Below are positions 43,717-53,308 of a DNA stretch of 64,000 nucleotides, piece after piece. The notes beneath the pieces were generated by a model. It saw only the letters and a list, made by a program, of their open reading frames with translations, was not told the origin of the DNA and did no database searches. This DNA is from an uncultured virus (IMG/VR IMGVR_UViG_3300020519_000004) (lineage: Duplodnaviria; Heunggongvirae; Uroviricota; Caudoviricetes): the IMG/VR virus record IMGVR_UViG_3300020519_000004, one strand, 5' to 3'. How positions within the stretch are numbered: position 1 is the first letter of the stretch; every line of letters begins with the position of its first letter. The position numbers and the translations under genes were made by a program.

Positions 43717-44588
43717 ATGTCTGCAGAAGAGCAACAAATAAAAATAAACCCTCGGTAAGACTTCTCATGATGAAGAAATAGTTTCACATTTAGTGATTAA
43801 TGGATTTACAATTAATCCAATAAAAGATAAAAAGGTATTTGAAACCTTTATTAATTCTTTATGCGAAAATTATGATCAAAAACATTTTTGCGATCACCGA
43901 CCCCATCTTAAAATAATACATAAACACTATTTAGGAAAACAAATAGGAGAACCTTCGATCTCATATATATCAAATGAATCGTTTAAAGGTTTAATTCGGA
44001 TTTGCAGTACTAGACAATGGTTATTTTGTTATAAAAATTTGGGACGATATTTATCCAGCTGAAATTCAATTTGATTTATACCTAGATGAAAAAATGGAAG
44101 ATTGTTCAACAATAATTGATCATCTATCGTGTCCCGCAAAACCATTTGATGGAATGGGTATGTTTAATCACACTTACTCATTAACTCATTCTGTAAAAAA
44201 TAAAACGTTTATTTCTAAACATAATAATAAAACACCAATGTATTTTGTTAATGAAGAATATAACGAAATAGAACTTAATAGACAAGGTGAAAATTATTCT
44301 ATAATTTTAAATCAATTAAAAGAGATTGAATGTCATTTTTGCACTTTGGAAGGTAATAATTTAATCTTCATTGATTACCCAAGAAAAATTGTAGCAGTAT
44401 GTAATAATCATATAAGTAATGGTTCAAAAAAAGAACTTAGCTCTGTATCCATAAAACTTAACTCTGAATCCGAAGAAGATATCGATCTAAGACGCGTAAT
44501 AAGCCCACAGATTAAAAAAATAACAAATATCATAGATGGTGAGATTATTACACAAAATATATATGTAACAGATCTTGACCTGGACTAA
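43717..44588 (+). CDS. AdoMet decarboxylase (SpeD)-like fold protein, probably non-catalytic; two +1 shifts (CGG 43753, 43997)
   Basis: SHLVINGF...GLI[G]FAVLDNGYFVIKIWDDIYPAEIQFDLY resembles the SpeD core; 289 aa. Confidence 0.55.
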
Positions 44589-44610
44589 AAAGTACTATAT
44601 AATAGATTGT

Positions 44611-45417
44611 ATGCCCGTAGAAGAACAACCAATAAATATAACAATATCCAAAGAACAACTTGAGAACTGGCACGTTTTTTTTGCCCTTCCATGTTATGAC
44701 TCTCATGTAACTGAACCTTTCATGATGAGCTTCTTGCAAACAGCTCTTTATTTTAAAGAGATTGGTTTAAAGTATTCAGTCTGTACAATTTCAGATTCTT
44801 TGATTAACCGCGCAAGAAATAACCTTGTTGCTAAGTTCATGGGAAATCCAGATTATACTCATATGATATTTATTGACGTAGATCTTCAGTTTGATAAAGA
44901 ATCAGTTTTAAAACTTTTATGGCATGATAAAGACGTCATGACTGCATCATATCCAATTAAAGAAATAAGCTGGGATAAAGTAAAAGAAGCTGCACAAGCA
45001 GATCTTCCAGCTAGTGATTTAATGGAGTATTCCACTAGGTACGTGGTGCATATGACAAAGCCAGGAGAAAATCAATTAAATATTGATAATGGTGCAATCG
45101 AATGTTATGAAGCCGGAACTGGCTTTATGCTAATGAAGCGTCAAGTATTTGATAAGATGTTTAAAAAATATAAAAAGCTCAAATACACCGATGACACTGG
45201 GGCTCTAACTGGATTAGAAAGAGAAAATTCTTATGCTCTTTTTAATTCGTACGTAGATGATGATGGCAGATTCTTATCTGAGGATTATGGTTTCTGCAGG
45301 TATTGGCAAAAGATGGGTGGAAAGATTTGGGTTGACCCAACTATTAATTTAACCCATTTTGGCCGCATAAAATACACTGGAAAAATGTTAGATTATTTAA
45401 AGAGAATAACACAATAA
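44611..45417 (+). CDS. glycosyltransferase-like protein
   Basis: FALPCY, SLINRARNNLV, FIDVD, GTGFMLMKR, LSEDYGFC. Confidence 0.8.
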   Translation: MPVEEQPINITISKEQLENWHVFFALPCYDSHVTEPFMMSFLQTALYFKEIGLKYSVCTISDSLINRARNNLVAKFMGNPDYTHMIFIDVDLQFDKESVLKLLWHDKDVMTASYPIKEISWDKVKEAAQADLPASDLMEYSTRYVVHMTKPGENQLNIDNGAIECYEAGTGFMLMKRQVFDKMFKKYKKLKYTDDTGALTGLERENSYALFNSYVDDDGRFLSEDYGFCRYWQKMGGKIWVDPTINLTHFGRIKYTGKMLDYLKRITQ

Positions 45418-45476
45418 TTTTCTAATTACTCCATTACTATATTCCTAGTTGTTTAAAGTATCACACTAGGAGAAAC

Positions 45477-47306
45477 ATGGCCCGCTTAAGAATTGAAACC
45501 GCCCCTGAAATTACAGTTTTTGATGAAGCCTTTATAGTTAAAGCAGCCGCTAATGCTACAGCGCCTTTAATTCAATTTCAGAACGCATCAGGAAACGTAG
45601 GCAACATATCAGCAAATGGAGTTTTAACAGTAGCTTCAGTCATTGCACAAAGTGCAGGAACAAGCTCTACAGACTTAGCCACAAGAGGTTATGTTGAATC
45701 ATTAGCTGCTGGTATTAACTGGCATGAAGGAGTTCATGCAGCTACAACAACCGCTTTGCCATCATGTGTTTATGGAAATGGAACAGCAGGAGTTGAGGCA
45801 TATCTTGAGGCTTCAGTAAATGGTGCTTTCCCAACCATAGATGGTGTAACTGTAGAACATCTTTTGCGTGTTTTAGTAAAAAATCAAGCAGATGCTAAGC
45901 AAAATGGTATTTATCAACTGTACACAGTAGGTAGTGGATCCACAAAATGGAAACTAGTACGTAGCAGTGATGCAAATAACAGCATAGCAGGACAGGTAGC
46001 ACCTGGAGATTCCGTATACGTTTTATCTGGAACTACAAATGCTAATTCCGGTTTTGCTTTGACGTCTATCGGTACTGGAACCAATAGAGCAATAATCATT
46101 GGAACCGACAATATAACTTGGACACTTTTTGCTGGAGCTCAAACAGTTCTGGCAGGTAATGGAATACTTAAAACAGATCAAGTATATAGCGTAGTAGCTG
46201 AACCAAGTGCAGGAATCTCAGTCACTTCTAATGGAGTAGCTTTATCTACAGTAGCCGCAAACATTGGTTCTGGTGCAGAGACTACTTCTTTCCTTAGTAA
46301 TGTAGCATTAGATGCTTATGGAAGAGTTACAAGTAAAGAGTTTTCAAACGTGTCATTTGCTGGATTTGCACCACTCGCAAATGCAACATTTACCGGCACC
46401 ATCACCTTGCCAGCAACAACATCAATTGGTAATGTTACTGCAACAGAAATTGGATATGTAGACGGTGTAACATCCGCAATTCAAACTCAGATAGACCTTA
46501 AAGCGCCTCTTGCTAATCCTACGTTTACAGGAACAGTTGCGGGTATTACGAAATCAATGATCAGTCTTGGAAACGTTGATAATACTGCAGACTCTTCAAA
46601 GCCAGTTTCTACGGCACAACAAACAGCGTTAGACTTAAAAGCTAACATAGCATCACCAGATTTAACAGGAACTCCCACTGCACCAACAGCGAATGTTGCA
46701 ACAAATACAACTCAGATTGCCACTACAGCTTTTGTTCGAGCAGAAGTTGCAGCACTTGTTAATAGTGCTCCAGCGACACTTGATACTTTAGGTGAAATTG
46801 CAACTTCACTTGCTAACAACGCTACTTTATCAACTACATTAACTGATGCAATTGCGCTTAAGGCTCCGTTAGCTAGTCCAACGTTCACTGGAACTGTAAC
46901 ACTACCTGCTAATACGGTAACAAGTACAATGATCGCAGAAGGAACAATCGTTAATGCCGATATATCAGCAACTGCTGCAATTGAGCAGAATAAGATTGCA
47001 GATACAATCTTAAATCAACAAGTAGCTTCTTATACACTTGTATTAGCTGATAAAAATAAATTAGTTGAAATAAGCAACGCTTCAGCTAATACTTTAACAG
47101 TTCCGCCTAACTCTTCAGTAGCCTTTCCTATAGGTTCAACTATTACAATTTTACAAACTGGAGCAGGTCAATGCACATTGACAGCTGGTGCTGGAGTAAC
47201 GGTTAACGGAACTCCAGGACTTAAGTTGCGTACAACTTGGTCGTCTGCTACACTTATTAAGCGCGCAACTGATACATGGGTTGCCCTAGGAGATATGGTA
47301 GCATAA
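45477..47306 (+). CDS. fibre protein
   Basis: 609 aa; RVLVKNQADAKQNGIY, TPTAPTA..TTQIATTAFV, APATLDTLGEIA. Confidence 0.85.
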   Translation: MARLRIETAPEITVFDEAFIVKAAANATAPLIQFQNASGNVGNISANGVLTVASVIAQSAGTSSTDLATRGYVESLAAGINWHEGVHAATTTALPSCVYGNGTAGVEAYLEASVNGAFPTIDGVTVEHLLRVLVKNQADAKQNGIYQLYTVGSGSTKWKLVRSSDANNSIAGQVAPGDSVYVLSGTTNANSGFALTSIGTGTNRAIIIGTDNITWTLFAGAQTVLAGNGILKTDQVYSVVAEPSAGISVTSNGVALSTVAANIGSGAETTSFLSNVALDAYGRVTSKEFSNVSFAGFAPLANATFTGTITLPATTSIGNVTATEIGYVDGVTSAIQTQIDLKAPLANPTFTGTVAGITKSMISLGNVDNTADSSKPVSTAQQTALDLKANIASPDLTGTPTAPTANVATNTTQIATTAFVRAEVAALVNSAPATLDTLGEIATSLANNATLSTTLTDAIALKAPLASPTFTGTVTLPANTVTSTMIAEGTIVNADISATAAIEQNKIADTILNQQVASYTLVLADKNKLVEISNASANTLTVPPNSSVAFPIGSTITILQTGAGQCTLTAGAGVTVNGTPGLKLRTTWSSATLIKRATDTWVALGDMVA

Positions 47307-47307
47307 C

Positions 47308-47695
47308 ATGACAGTTAACAACAATGAAGGTCCAAAGTCTAAAAGAAAAAGAGCTAAGCCTACAATAGCTGCACGGAACCGCTAAGGCTACAGCCAATAC
47401 TACAATCACAAATGCAGGCTTTACTGTTGGATCAGTAACAACAACCCCAACACAAAATTCAGGTTTAAATGATGTTGTAACTCCAGCTCTTACCGACGAG
47501 ACAGTAACAATATTGGGAACAGCTATCGACTATACTGTTGGAGCTTTTTCTCCTCCAACATTTTTTGGTCCACCAGCGTTCTTTGCTCCTCCAGGATTCT
47601 TTGCTCCTCCGGGATTCTTTGGTCCTCCGGGGTTCTTTTCTCCTCCGGGATTCTTTGGTCCTCCGGGATTCTTTGTTCCTCCAGCTTTTAAATAA
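47308..47695 (+). CDS. PASTA-like domain + (FFxPPG)n protein; +1 shift at CGG 47374
   Basis: 128 aa joined; paralogue of 38548-39052. Confidence 0.75.
47545..47683 (+). repeat. 18-bp tandem repeat encoding FF(G/A/S)PPG
   Basis: about 7-8 copies of TTCTTTGxTCCTCCxGGA. Confidence 0.9.
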
Positions 47696-47697
47696 AG

Positions 47698-48339
47698 CTA
47701 AAAAGATTTAACAGCGTAAAAAGCTGGAATAACCCATCTAGTTCCAGATAATACTGGAGTTACTCCGTGAATATAATTCACGTCTCCCGGATGAGAAACG
47801 GCCATACCAGCTACTGGTCTTAGTTTCTTTTTATGTTGAGTGTAGAATAGTTCTCCGCCAATATAATCATCATTAATATAAAATAATGAATTAATATCAT
47901 AGTCAGGAAAAGCATTAGGTCTTCCATCCTGCAGCTGCTTGTCAGCATGTGCTATCTGAAAATCTCCTGGTCTCCAGCAAACAATTACCGGTGGTCTTTT
48001 CTCGACAAAACAATTATAATTTTTATTTATTTTTTCAGTCATTTTATCTATATAAAAATCAATTAAGTCATAGATGTCTCTATCTAGTTTTTTTACTATA
48101 TAGGAACTACAAGTTCTATTCAACCAAACATCAGCACCATATTTAATGGTGCCGTCCTCATGGTATTCACTTTCTTTTGAATTATCCCATTCATCTATTT
48201 TTTTTACAAAATTTTGTAGAGACAATAAATCTGTTTCATCAATAAAATTTTCTATAATTTTGATATTATTAGGAGAGTCTCCAAATGTTCCAGGTAAAAC
48301 CTTCCAGGGTTTTTCTTCAGTTATCTGTTCATTGAACAT
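47698..48339 (-). CDS. 2OG-Fe(II) oxygenase (prolyl 4-hydroxylase-like)
   Basis: HAD, YINDDYIGGEL, HGVTPV, GTRW; start at ATG 48339 behind AAGGTG. Confidence 0.85.
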   Translation of the reverse strand: MFNEQITEEKPWKVLPGTFGDSPNNIKIIENFIDETDLLSLQNFVKKIDEWDNSKESEYHEDGTIKYGADVWLNRTCSSYIVKKLDRDIYDLIDFYIDKMTEKINKNYNCFVEKRPPVIVCWRPGDFQIAHADKQLQDGRPNAFPDYDINSLFYINDDYIGGELFYTQHKKKLRPVAGMAVSHPGDVNYIHGVTPVLSGTRWVIPAFYAVKSF

Positions 48340-48413
48340 GAGCACCTTCTTAAGCGTTGTGGTATACTGAGATATATAAAAGTATACCATACTAAGAAAG
48401 TAAAGGTAGTCCT

Positions 48414-49175
48414 GTGGATCTCAATGCTCAGTGTGTTTATGACCCTAGATTAGGCATAGTATTATATAAAAATGCACTAGTTAATTCGCCAGCTATTATA
48501 GATAGGCTTGAAAACGGACTTCAACAAAGTTTTAATCCAAGATTTAAATGGTCTTTAGCTACAACAGGTGACGAGAATATTGATACTAGTTATAGAAATT
48601 GTAGTGATTTTAAGATTCATCCAGATAATACTAAATGGGAAATGTTTCCAGAAATAGAAGATATAAAAAATATAACATTTGAGATTAAAGACATTCTTAT
48701 GTGCGCATTATATGATTATGAAGTAAGGTATCCTGCTGCTAATAAAATGGATTTTATGGAAAGTTTTAACTTTGTTAAATATGGTCCGGGAGAATACTTT
48801 AAGCCACACACAGACCATGGGTTTAGCTACAACGCTACAGTATCTTGTGTCCTGTATTTAAATGACGACTATGATGGTGGAGAATTAGCATTTAATAGTT
48901 TAGGTTTCAAAATTAAACCTAAGGCTGGGGATTTAATATTTTTTCCTTCAAATTATATATTTGTACACAGTTCAGAGCCAGTTACTTCGGGAATGAAATA
49001 TTCAGTAGTAACAATGTTTGATTATAATGAAAGAACACATAAAAATTTTCAATATGGCTATAACCTAGACGGTTCTCTCGCTGATCCCAACGCAGGACGC
49101 GGACCAAGATTTACTGATAAAATAGTGCAACCGCTAAAACAACTTGATGCAGACTATAGATTAATTGGAGCATAA
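48414..49175 (+). CDS. 2OG-Fe(II) oxygenase (prolyl 4-hydroxylase-like)
   Basis: FKPHTD, YLNDDYDGGEL, FFPSNY..HSSEPVTSGMKY. Confidence 0.9.
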   Translation: MDLNAQCVYDPRLGIVLYKNALVNSPAIIDRLENGLQQSFNPRFKWSLATTGDENIDTSYRNCSDFKIHPDNTKWEMFPEIEDIKNITFEIKDILMCALYDYEVRYPAANKMDFMESFNFVKYGPGEYFKPHTDHGFSYNATVSCVLYLNDDYDGGELAFNSLGFKIKPKAGDLIFFPSNYIFVHSSEPVTSGMKYSVVTMFDYNERTHKNFQYGYNLDGSLADPNAGRGPRFTDKIVQPLKQLDADYRLIGA

Positions 49176-49913
49176 ATGACAAAAGTAACATTATCAAGAA
49201 CACATCATAATTCAGTTGAAATAAAACAATCTCGCCTCAAGAGAGATTGGATGGACAATACATATAATAAACACGCCTACCAGTGCACTCCTGTAACCAC
49301 GGCAAATGTTAGCGGATGGGAAATGATTCTTCCAGAAGAATTGGTCGTGATTTGGGATGGAGGACCTAGTCCAGCAAGAATAATTAGCGGTGGTGTTCAT
49401 AATGGTTTTCAATTTGCTCATTCAAACATACATGGGATGATATCAATTGCAACTGGTTGGGCAATAAACACAGAAGAAGGCTACAGTCTGTGGACAACTG
49501 GTTCACCAAACTATTATGTAGATGGTGCTTCACCAATGACCGCTAGTATCCCAAGTAGTTGGTGGCCAGATGAGGTGCAAACAAATTGGGTAATCCATAA
49601 AGTAAATGAACCAGTTATATTTCCTAAGGGAAGTCCATTTTTATTTTTTACCATTTATCCAACAGACTTACTGCCAAGCGTTGAGTTTGAAGTTATCAAT
49701 AGGTGGGATGATAAAGAGTTAGAAGAATCAAGAAGAAAATATAACGATTTAAAAATAAAAAATTCACAAGAAAAACCATGGACATGGGTAAAAGGAATAA
49801 AAACTGGCGTAGACGCAGATGGTAAAAAAATTGGTCCAGTAACCAAGGGAATTCTAAAGTTGAATGAATTAGACAATGTAGTAGGAGAAAATAATTATGA
49901 TGAACTTCAATGA
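49176..49913 (+). CDS. hypothetical protein (DUF6065-like)
   Basis: RDWMD...HAYQCTPVTTANVSGW. Confidence 0.6.
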   Translation: MTKVTLSRTHHNSVEIKQSRLKRDWMDNTYNKHAYQCTPVTTANVSGWEMILPEELVVIWDGGPSPARIISGGVHNGFQFAHSNIHGMISIATGWAINTEEGYSLWTTGSPNYYVDGASPMTASIPSSWWPDEVQTNWVIHKVNEPVIFPKGSPFLFFTIYPTDLLPSVEFEVINRWDDKELEESRRKYNDLKIKNSQEKPWTWVKGIKTGVDADGKKIGPVTKGILKLNELDNVVGENNYDELQ

Positions 49914-50787
49914 CGTTGAAGGAAAGCATTTGGGTGGTGGAGTTGTTCTGTTCGAGAACGCAGCATCCGTAGATTGGGATTGGATGTATAAATTCTGTGA
50001 AAGAAGTATAGAACAAGAAAAAGCAGAAATGTATTCACTTACTACTCATCCAAATACCGGTGAAGAAGTCTACGTTAATAATAGTGGTTATTATTTTCCT
50101 ATTGAGACGATTGAAGAAATGCCGTATAGAGCAACGAGAATACATAGAGACAAAGAACTTCAAGCGATGAAAACATTAGCTTTTATTGATGAAGTTAAAT
50201 ATAAGTGTTTATTAAAATATATAGAAATGTTTCCTTTAGTATATAAATGTGTTTGGTGGCAAAGTAGGGGTCACATAACACAATATAAATCAAATATTTA
50301 TATGGGCCCACATGCAGACATACAAACAGATTACATGTATGGTGTTCCACATCCGAGCCAACAATTAGCTATGAAAAATGTGGTTGGTACAATATTCTAC
50401 ATTAACGACAGTGTTAAATCAGAGAGTGAACTTAACGGAAAGAATTTTACGGGTGGTTCTCATTACTTTCCTTATTTGGATATAGAGTATACTCCTAAAA
50501 GGGGAGATGTATTAATGTTTCCTAGTGATTATATGGCAGCCCATCAGGTAAGGCCAACTGGCGGCGGCGTAAGATACGCTTACCTAGGTTGGTATTGTCA
50601 TGGTAGCCCAAATAAAGAATTAAATGAAAATGTTCTTGATCCATTAGAAGACCCAGCAAATTCTACAATGGCAGTAAATGTTTATCTTCCATTTCTTAGA
50701 CAAGACTACTTAAAGCAGATTGAAGGAAAAGGATATAAAGAGGAATCAATGCAGTATCTTGTAGCTTTAAATATGGAGCAATATTAA
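49897..50787 (+). CDS. 2OG-Fe(II) oxygenase
   Basis: MGPHAD, FYIND..FTGG, FPSDYMAAHQV..GVRY. Confidence 0.85.
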   Translation: MMNFNDVEGKHLGGGVVLFENAASVDWDWMYKFCERSIEQEKAEMYSLTTHPNTGEEVYVNNSGYYFPIETIEEMPYRATRIHRDKELQAMKTLAFIDEVKYKCLLKYIEMFPLVYKCVWWQSRGHITQYKSNIYMGPHADIQTDYMYGVPHPSQQLAMKNVVGTIFYINDSVKSESELNGKNFTGGSHYFPYLDIEYTPKRGDVLMFPSDYMAAHQVRPTGGGVRYAYLGWYCHGSPNKELNENVLDPLEDPANSTMAVNVYLPFLRQDYLKQIEGKGYKEESMQYLVALNMEQY

Positions 50788-51014
50788 TGTCTAATATTTC
50801 AAAAGAAGAACTTGATTTAATCAAGGAAAAAACTTGTGTATATTTAACAAAATCTATTCACAAATTATGTTTTTTGCTTGGTAAAGATCCAGAAAAAGCA
50901 ATGACATCAGAATCATTAAACGATCTCTTAGATGCAGAAGATGTATCTAGAATGCAAATAGATGCAATTACCTCACTATATAACCAGGTAACTGCATTAA
51001 AAAAACTTAATTAA
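50787..51014 (+). CDS. hypothetical protein
   Basis: 75-aa coupled ORF. Confidence 0.65.
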   Translation: MSNISKEELDLIKEKTCVYLTKSIHKLCFLLGKDPEKAMTSESLNDLLDAEDVSRMQIDAITSLYNQVTALKKLN

Positions 51015-51015
51015 T

Positions 51016-51222
51016 ATGAAACCAAAAGAAATTAGCGAAGAACTCATTCATGAGTTTACAGAAAAAATGGATGATGTAGTGCCTTCATATTCTGAAGAAG
51101 ATGAAAACATTGTAATGGAAAACGGTGGCACAACTAGAGAATATGTTTTAACAAACGACTTTGCTGAAATGAATAGATATATAATACTTCCTTTGTCTCC
51201 AGGTATAGAAGATCTAATATGA
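51016..51222 (+). CDS. hypothetical protein
   Basis: 68-aa coupled ORF. Confidence 0.65.
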   Translation: MKPKEISEELIHEFTEKMDDVVPSYSEEDENIVMENGGTTREYVLTNDFAEMNRYIILPLSPGIEDLI

Positions 51223-51515
51223 CCTATAACGCAATTGATGATCTAGCATATATAGATAAGCAGATTATCTTTTATCTCTACTGCATTGGTTTTGACGGCG
51301 CTAAAATAGATTCTTATAATATAGATGAAATCATAGCTGCTACTAGATCTATAACCTTGGCTCCAATAGATGATGTTGAATCTGGTAAATTAAATTTAGG
51401 TCAAGATCTTTCTTATTTATATTTAAAAAATCAAAGAATCTCATTAATAGGAAACATAAGAAGATTATGGCACATGCGTCAGATAGCAATGGGGGCAATC
51501 AAATATGATGTATGA
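51219..51515 (+). CDS. hypothetical protein
   Basis: 98-aa coupled ORF. Confidence 0.65.
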   Translation: MTYNAIDDLAYIDKQIIFYLYCIGFDGAKIDSYNIDEIIAATRSITLAPIDDVESGKLNLGQDLSYLYLKNQRISLIGNIRRLWHMRQIAMGAIKYDV

Positions 51516-52209
51516 AAAAGATTATTTCGATAATTTAGTTAACTTAATTAAGTATGTAGATGTGGAATCTATTGATGAATCAATAAAAAAAAGTAAAAAT
51601 GTTAAAAACTATTTAGATACTTTATCTTTAGATAAAAGAAAAATAGCTGCAGGGATGGATTTCTTAATTTGGTATTTTGATGTATTTAGTCAAGAAACTC
51701 ATTTCTGGAACACTAATCAAGCATACTACTATGCGGCTAACACTCATGAGTTTGGGTTCTTAACCGCTAATCCTAAAACATCTTTAATGACCCTCCCAGC
51801 ATTTAATACAGGACTAGTTAGATTGATGCAAAAAAGATCAAAGCTAACACTCCTTAATAATTATCAATTAAATCTATTTGAAAGAATAATAAAAAAAGAT
51901 AATGAAGATTGGGATTATAATACCATTTCGATGCAAGATATAGAGTCAAGTAATGCCGGGACCTATGATTTTATCTGTATGAGCATACATGACGTTTTAC
52001 ATGATCCTGAATTAGTAGTTAAATTTTATAACATGCTAAACAAAAATGGCACCATAATGATGCTCTATACTGGAACTGATTCTCTATATAAAGATGAGTC
52101 TGTTTTTACAGATTTTTACGAAGTTCACGAGTATCTTAAAAATATAGAGAATTCTTGCGTTTACCATAATCCAACCGGGGCCGCTGTTACATATGCAGTA
52201 AAACTGTAG
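51505..52209 (+). CDS. hypothetical protein, weakly methyltransferase-like
   Basis: TYDFICM...FYNMLNKNGTIMM resembles the C-terminal motifs of class I methyltransferases. Confidence 0.45.
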   Translation: MMYEKDYFDNLVNLIKYVDVESIDESIKKSKNVKNYLDTLSLDKRKIAAGMDFLIWYFDVFSQETHFWNTNQAYYYAANTHEFGFLTANPKTSLMTLPAFNTGLVRLMQKRSKLTLLNNYQLNLFERIIKKDNEDWDYNTISMQDIESSNAGTYDFICMSIHDVLHDPELVVKFYNMLNKNGTIMMLYTGTDSLYKDESVFTDFYEVHEYLKNIENSCVYHNPTGAAVTYAVKL

Positions 52210-52222
52210 TACTATATATATT

Positions 52223-52900
52223 ATGATTATTATAGACAAATACATAAAAGATCAGATTCTATTAGATGAAATTAAATATACCAAAGACTTTTTCCCGGAG
52301 TCAATGGGTGATGAAGATCGCATTGCAATTGTTTTAAATGGATATCATGATGAGTTATCCGATTGTTTTGCCCCTTATATGTTCTGGGATGGGTGGCATA
52401 AGTCTGAGGCAAATACACCAAGGAAAAGATTAATTAAAGCAATCTGGGAAAATAATCTTCCTTTTCCAATTGAGGAATTGTGCGGATTTGAGTATTGGAC
52501 TAGGACTTTCAAGCCAGGACAATTCTTAGATGTTCACGTAGATGAGGATACTTTTCTATACGCAGATACCAAAATCTTCAGAGGGCCAAAAATTGGATGT
52601 GTGTACTATCCGGAAACAAATGATGTTGTTGGTGGCTTCTTAGAGCTTCACCCTAAAGCTGTATCAGAAGACACTCCAAACGCCCTTGAGAGAGAAAATA
52701 TGGATACACTAGTTGTTCCAATTGAACTCAGAGAAAGAATAGCCTGTCTGCCAAATAGGTTAATTATTTTCGATGCTGGTCACGTTATACACAATACAAC
52801 CCCGCCAATTTCCGGGGTGAGAAGGGTTGTGGTTATCAACGTTTGGCACAGGGATAGTCCCCCAATAGCCTTAAAGGCTAACAAGTTTTATTACGAATAA
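52223..52900 (+). CDS. 2OG-Fe(II) oxygenase
   Basis: HVDED, VGGFL, NRLIIFDAGHVIH, RRVVVINVW. Confidence 0.8.
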   Translation: MIIIDKYIKDQILLDEIKYTKDFFPESMGDEDRIAIVLNGYHDELSDCFAPYMFWDGWHKSEANTPRKRLIKAIWENNLPFPIEELCGFEYWTRTFKPGQFLDVHVDEDTFLYADTKIFRGPKIGCVYYPETNDVVGGFLELHPKAVSEDTPNALERENMDTLVVPIELRERIACLPNRLIIFDAGHVIHNTTPPISGVRRVVVINVWHRDSPPIALKANKFYYE

Positions 52901-52952
52901 TAATTCAACTTTATATCATTACTATATAGTTAATACTTTTTAAAGGACATTT

Positions 52953-53249
52953 ATGTTATATAATGACATTATTGACTATAACCAATCTGGTATTCAATAC
53001 AATGGAACTATTGTTTTAATAATAGAGGGAATATCAAATCCTGTCATTTTAAATGATATAAAAGTTAACTTTGGTGGAAAAGAAGACTATTCAGTAGCTT
53101 CTTCAATAGGCGTAATAAGTGTAGATTTAGCTCCAACTGGAGTAATAACAATACAAGCTCTTGAAAAAGAAGGAGCTGCGCTTATTCAAGCAAGTGAAAT
53201 AACCATACATTCTGGCACGCTTATTAGTATCCAGTATCAGAGTGAATAA
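52953..53249 (+). CDS. hypothetical structural protein
   Basis: 98 aa, TTACTATAT upstream. Confidence 0.6.
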   Translation: MLYNDIIDYNQSGIQYNGTIVLIIEGISNPVILNDIKVNFGGKEDYSVASSIGVISVDLAPTGVITIQALEKEGAALIQASEITIHSGTLISIQYQSE

Positions 53250-53308
53250 CCTCACCAACACAATTTAAAGTACTACTATATAAATATCTACTTTTTAAAG
53301 AGGGAAAA

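Noticed and set aside
12762..47513. ORF-track starts at 12762, 19014, 22510, 28626, 38741, 40131, 43793, 47513
   Set aside because: They generally lack SD sequences and leave unexplained gaps; upstream starts joined through CGG give properly coupled genes.
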